A DNA stretch of 64,000 nucleotides, taken from contig JAADVB010000064.1 of NCBI GenBank assembly GCA_023334545.1, forward strand, positions 1 to 64,000, written 5' to 3'. Numbering within the stretch: position 1 is the stretch's first letter; the number at the start of each line of letters is the position of its first letter. Position numbers and translations under genes: made by a program. The notes below the pieces were generated by a model, which ran no database searches, was not told the DNA's origin, and saw only the letters and a program-made list of their open reading frames with translations. This DNA comes from Salisapilia sapeloensis CBS 127946. Taxonomy: Eukaryota; Protista; Oomycota. Shown one piece after another: positions 59,267 through 64,000 of the stretch.

Positions 59267-60594
59267 ATGAGCACGACATCGACAGCCGCAGAAGAAGAAA
59301 AGAAAGAGGCACAGAAGCTCAAGCGTAATGAACGTGACCGCCGACTTAGCCAGCTCAAACGCGTACGTTTCTACTAGCTCCAATACCTAGTCGTGCACCA
59401 TTGCATTGACCCTTGAATATGGGTCTTTCTTCATGAACAGCAATGGCTTCTAATAATGCATGTACCCAAGTTACTCAGTAACAAATGTAGGACAAGATGA
59501 AACAGATGAGGCAACAAGTCAAGGCCTTGGAGCAGCAGAAAGCCAAACTTTTAAGTGATGCCTCGTCCGTTAACAACCAGACAGACGAAGACAGCGCGTC
59601 CGGTTCACCAGTCGCACACAATCTTTCTACCCAAACGTTGCTTTTCGATGAAGATTTACAAGAACGGAAACGTCAGTTTGTAGCGTTGACGGATGAATTG
59701 GAATCCTTGCGAAAGGAAAACGCAGATCTAACGCATCAATTGCGTCAGGTCGACCGTTTCTATGGCTCTATCCAAGCATTCTTGTTCGAATTCAACCCGG
59801 AATTGGCACAGACACAACCTGAAGATGAGGATGATGACATTTATGCACCACAGCTCACGACAGCTGAGAAACGTCAGCAAGTGTATGCCAACTTCACTCC
59901 GCTCGATCCAGAGCAAATCACTGTGTTCGCGAACCAAGCCATCCACTCCGTCATCAATGCCCGTTTACGCCATGAAAGAAACTACGAGTGCGACAGCAGT
60001 TACCAACAGGTACATGTTTTTGGATTCAACGTGTCCAAGCGTCGAGATGGCGCAGCCTTCACTTTTAGTATCAAGAAGCACCTGCCAATGGCGCCGTATG
60101 AATCGACTGCTTTTTGTATGTGGCAGGTGCTCATGAACCACTCGCTCATGACACGACTGCTACCGCCGCTACTTTCTTGCGAGTTCCGCGTATTGCAGCA
60201 ACTTGGGGACAACCTCTGGATTATCGATCGTCGAACTGTGGACAAGCAGCGGCAGAGACTCGGAGATACCAAGTACGCGATCCGAACAATCTACCTCTTA
60301 TCCAGGGTCGAATTCGAAAGCTCAGATAAAGTTCTTTTCATCATGAAAACGCTCGACTTTCTCAACGGTGGGAATGTCACGCTAGAGCCGGAAGAGCTGT
60401 GGGCACATAACTTTTACTGGTATTGGGTGGAACGTAGCGACGACCCTCGTGGCGGGTCCAACGTTGAGTTTGGGGGAAGCGTTCGATATGTTGCCGATCG
60501 AGAGGACATTGCCATCAGTTGGATGGCAGAGCTGGTATGCATTGCCGTTCGGTGGGAATCAACGTTTGTGTCCCCCATTCTCCTACAACAGTAA
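59267..60594 (+). CDS. bZIP-like/M96-related protein with C-terminal START-like region, 2 exons
   Basis: Exon 59267-59362 (KLKRNERDRRLSQLKR), intron 59363-59490, then DKMKQMRQQVKALEQQK coiled coil and ...YWYWVE...VEFGG...RWES. Confidence 0.75.
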
Positions 60595-60708
60595 GACAGC
60601 CTCTCCCTTTTCTTTCCTAGTGTCAAAAGCTCAATAAAAAACGCTTTTTTCTATGTCGAATGTATGAAAAAGGATGAAAGACTTGATTTGTGTTCGTAGA
60701 TCTATCCA

Positions 60709-61161
60709 TTAATAGACTTTCTGGACTGCTTTCGCCTGGTCCACGAGCTCCTGCACGAGCTCCGATGCACTGTCATTCTCTTTCGAGGCTTTGCTGTTGG
60801 TCGTAATGAGTAAGCAGCTCGTCGGTCGCTTCGACAATGCGCTCGCACCCAGGTCTGCTTTGGACGGTGTGAAGACGTACGGGATGTTGTTGTCTTCGCA
60901 AAGCACAGGCAGGTGAGCGATAACGTCAATAGGACTAATGTCTCCAGCGATGATGCACACGCCCTTCTCTTTCTTCCGAATGGCCTTGACGACCTCTTTC
61001 ACGCCTCGTCGAATCACCTTTTTGTTGGCCTTGGACGTCTTCTTCACATTCTTGTACACACGCTTGGTAAGCTTCTTGCTCGCAAGAGGCTGGGAGATGG
61101 TCGAGACGTGCTTAATACGCTCTTCGTATTCTACAGAGGACGATTTCTTGCTCTCAGACAT
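60709..61161 (-). CDS. NHP2: H/ACA RNP subunit 2 (L7Ae family)
   Basis: ISQPLASKKL, RRGVKEVVKAIRK, IAGDISPIDVIAHLPVLCED, SKADLG.SA.SKRPTSC; ATG at 61161. Confidence 0.93.
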   Translation of the reverse strand: MSESKKSSSVEYEERIKHVSTISQPLASKKLTKRVYKNVKKTSKANKKVIRRGVKEVVKAIRKKEKGVCIIAGDISPIDVIAHLPVLCEDNNIPYVFTPSKADLGASALSKRPTSCLLITTNSKASKENDSASELVQELVDQAKAVQKVY

Positions 61162-61781
61162 GCTGGATGAACTTGTGCTTTTTACTTGTCCAAACTTATT
61201 GTCTATGAATGGAGCAGACGGAGGCTTCGAACGCATACAAAAACTAAATCAATCGTTGTACCGATAATGTACCCTTGAAGGGTCTATGAACTTTAGTCGA
61301 GTCTTTCGAACCCGCCCACATGTAGAAACATTTTCAACTAGGAAACTCATGCTGCGTTTTGTACTCGCTCGTGTCTTTCGACTATGCGATAGAAATTCTT
61401 TTGTCTTAGTCGACCATAGAGGTAGCTTTATGCAATGAGGCACCCTGTTACCATGAACTGAAAAATTAGAAGACGAATACTAAACCGATGCATTACCCTA
61501 CGGAATGTTTGGTTAGACCAAGGCCGTCGAGCAAGTAGCATGGAGAAAGTAGCACTAGAGACGTGTACTTGTGTCATTCGAGCCTTACCTACTAGTCAAT
61601 ATACCTAATACGGATTTCATATCTCTCTACACAAGTATTAAATTGATTCCGTTTTCAACAACTACAAAGATAAATAAGTCATTTCTTCACAGAATTTCAA
61701 AACGCTTGCATTGTTTTCATATCCTCTTCATAAGACTCTCCCAAGCAGCCTAAGAGAACAACTAGCCAAAAGCCTTCAACC

Positions 61782-62564
61782 TTAGTTGATGATTCCGTCG
61801 ATCCAGCTACGGACGTAAGAGATACGAGAGTAGACACCCGGGTATCCGGCCCTGCCGCATCCAGTTCCCCACGAGACAACACCGATCTGGACGTCGTCGC
61901 TGTTGACGAGGGGTCCGCCAGAGTCACCCTGGCAAGAGTCCTCACCACGGACGCCACCAGCGCAGACCATCGTATCGTCAATGCGAAGTCGGCGAGAGCA
62001 TTCCGAGTTGCTCAAAACCTCCACATCAACACCGAGTAGAACGCTCGATTGGCTGCCACCCTCAGAAGTGTCACCCCAGCCCATGACCGTAGCATCCTCA
62101 CCAGGACGAATATCGCGGTCGTTTGCAGCGGCAAGCTTTACCGGCTGGATGGTGCTAGAGCCATCCAACTCCAGAAGCATAAAGTCATACGAGTTGCCGC
62201 TGGAGCTGTAGTACGGGTGGATGTTCTTGCGCCTCACACGGAAGCGTTGGCCACCGGAGCCATCAAGGTAGTGGGAGCCCACCGTCACGTAGTTCGAGTA
62301 GGAAGCACAGTGAGCAGCACTAAGCACATAATTGGGAGCAACGAGCGATCCGCCGCACACATAGCTACCACCGTTGGTGTAACTGACGCCAGTGACGAAC
62401 TTGTTCGTTCCCCTTGGAATCTCCGAGCCGCCAAGGATCAGAGGGTTGAAGAGGGGCGCCTCAGGGTCCAAAGCCATGTACTCGGTGTAGTTGAGCGGCT
62501 GGTCGGCGGCCATGGCGGTGCCGGCAACAAGAGCAGAGAGGAGTAGAGAGGATGCGCTGACCAT
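61782..62564 (-). CDS. Secreted trypsin-like serine protease, intact
   Basis: Signal peptide, ILGG, CGGSLV, SAAHC, DFMLL, DSCQGDSGGP, GYPGVYSR. Confidence 0.96.
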   Translation of the reverse strand: MVSASSLLLSALVAGTAMAADQPLNYTEYMALDPEAPLFNPLILGGSEIPRGTNKFVTGVSYTNGGSYVCGGSLVAPNYVLSAAHCASYSNYVTVGSHYLDGSGGQRFRVRRKNIHPYYSSSGNSYDFMLLELDGSSTIQPVKLAAANDRDIRPGEDATVMGWGDTSEGGSQSSVLLGVDVEVLSNSECSRRLRIDDTMVCAGGVRGEDSCQGDSGGPLVNSDDVQIGVVSWGTGCGRAGYPGVYSRISYVRSWIDGIIN

Positions 62565-62598
62565 TGTTGCTGGAACTAGGTGACTTGGGTGGTTGGAT

Positions 62599-62614
62599 GC
62601 AAGTTGCAAAGTGA
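62599..62614 (-). promoter_or_regulatory. INR+FPR core promoter
   Basis: Minus strand TCACTTTGCAACTTGC about 35 nt upstream of ATG 62564. Confidence 0.7.
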
Positions 62615-64000
62615 GAGATAGATCGAGGGGTTTTGGATGAGACCTGTGTCGGGAAACCAGTCCCACGCACTTGAATCGAAAGTTATTCTTCTGATAAAAG
62701 TGATGGATCCAGTGATTTGCATTATATCTAATTGACTATCACATCAACATATAGAGCGACTTAAATGAAAGTGCACGTTGGAAACTTGATGCTTCAAGGT
62801 TACATTTGAAGTTTAGTTGAAAGTTCGGTTATCAGATCGAAGTAAATGATAGAAGCTTGCGGCAGCCACAGCATGCGGATCCAGCTACTGGGTCCCCAAG
62901 AATTAATCAAATATAATTATTAAAAAAAAGGAGGCAGCCATCATCATTTTTTCGAGGCTCTGCGAATGACAGGGAGATTCATTTGTGTCAACTAGGTGTC
63001 GATCGCATGTAAGGACGAGTGTATTGAAGCTAGTTTGCAAAGATGTAGGCTGAGCATCAGACACAAGTCCAGAATGGCCATGGGGGATGTCAGGTGTGAA
63101 TCAGACTTAGGTTGCTGTTCAATAATTTTCGTCAAGTTAAGCTCTATCATGATATCGCGGCAGGCTCGTACACAGATCGGCTTTTGCGAGATCGGCAGCG
63201 TATTCTTGATCTGATCAGCATCTCGTAGAAGATAGGAGGTTTTTGACACATCGATTAGTCTCGTCCAACACCTGGTAGGATGCGCATGCTGATCTTGAAG
63301 TCGCCCGCAGGTGTTTGCATCTATGTCCTGACACAGTCTCCAAAGCCATCGTAGACGACAGGCCTTCGGAAGAGAAATTGGAAGATTATCTAGTATACGT
63401 GGATGTTATTGAGGAGAGGAAGCATCTCTTATTCGTATACAAGTATGATATTTTCTTCATGTTTGGAAACGCGCTATGTGCAGCAAACGCTATTCATTAT
63501 GTCGCATAGCTGCTGCTCGGGTTGGTTGCAAATAAAGCATCTCATGGTAAGCACAGCGTATGTTTGCCAAACTGCACCTGCCTCAACCTGTGTTGTGCGA
63601 AATCGAGTTTAAATTCTTGCTAACGTCAATCGTGATGCCTCATCTGCATAAGTATCTTCGAAGCGATTTCCATACGGAGCATGGGCAACCTTCTGAGTAC
63701 ACCTTTTTTCGCATTCAACTCTGTCGACGAATGCATCCTCAATATTCGCTTTCATCTACACTTCTCCCACGACCACACAGGGGCACAGTACTATTTATAG
63801 GTACTATTGAAACCGCGCTAGCATCTAAAGAGCCAAAGATCTCGACCTCACGTACCTGCCGACTAACTTACGAACCCCTACAGTATCACTAATACCTTAT
63901 GGTAATCAGAAACGATCCACAGGTTTCCATCGTATATTTGCATCCTTCCGATTTCCTTCGTCTCATGCTTCGTGCTCATACAATAGCCAATCCAACGTAG

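Noticed and set aside
62990-63900. Short ORFs at the window end (e.g. DDRPSEEKLEDYLVYVDVIEERK)
   Set aside because: Fragmentary with frequent stops; no recognisable domain.

Overview
Eukaryotic, oomycete-type (Pythium/Phytophthora-like) nuclear DNA. This is inferred from an elicitin-like gene, an NLP, a WLGC-LRR gene, START-FYVE and oomycete bZIP/M96-like genes, short GT-AG introns (mostly 50-80 bp) and INR+FPR core promoters. The window opens inside a Ty3/Gypsy LTR retrotransposon on the minus strand, with a 234-bp LTR, tRNA-iMet-type PBS, gag with a 1-nt frameshift, and protease in the -1 frame behind a slippery heptamer plus hairpin. About 28 host genes or pseudogenes follow. Housekeeping/metabolic genes: mitochondrial carrier, glycerol kinase, 10-exon SCOT, APRT, NHP2, DCTN3-like, two Ca2+/cation exchangers and an F-box-JmjC-APH fusion. 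Secreted proteins: elicitin-like, PPT-like hydrolase, a possible LPMO-fold protein, a type-2-like NLP, one intact and one broken trypsin. Regulatory families: bZIP-like, two Cys/His-motif paralogs and three START-FYVE-like genes. The strongest signals not explained by the ORF track are the -1 frameshift cassette at 559-601 and a degenerate ~800-bp foldback element at 9698-10501. No tRNA, rRNA or CRISPR was seen. Family assignments come from motif recognition by eye, not database searches.
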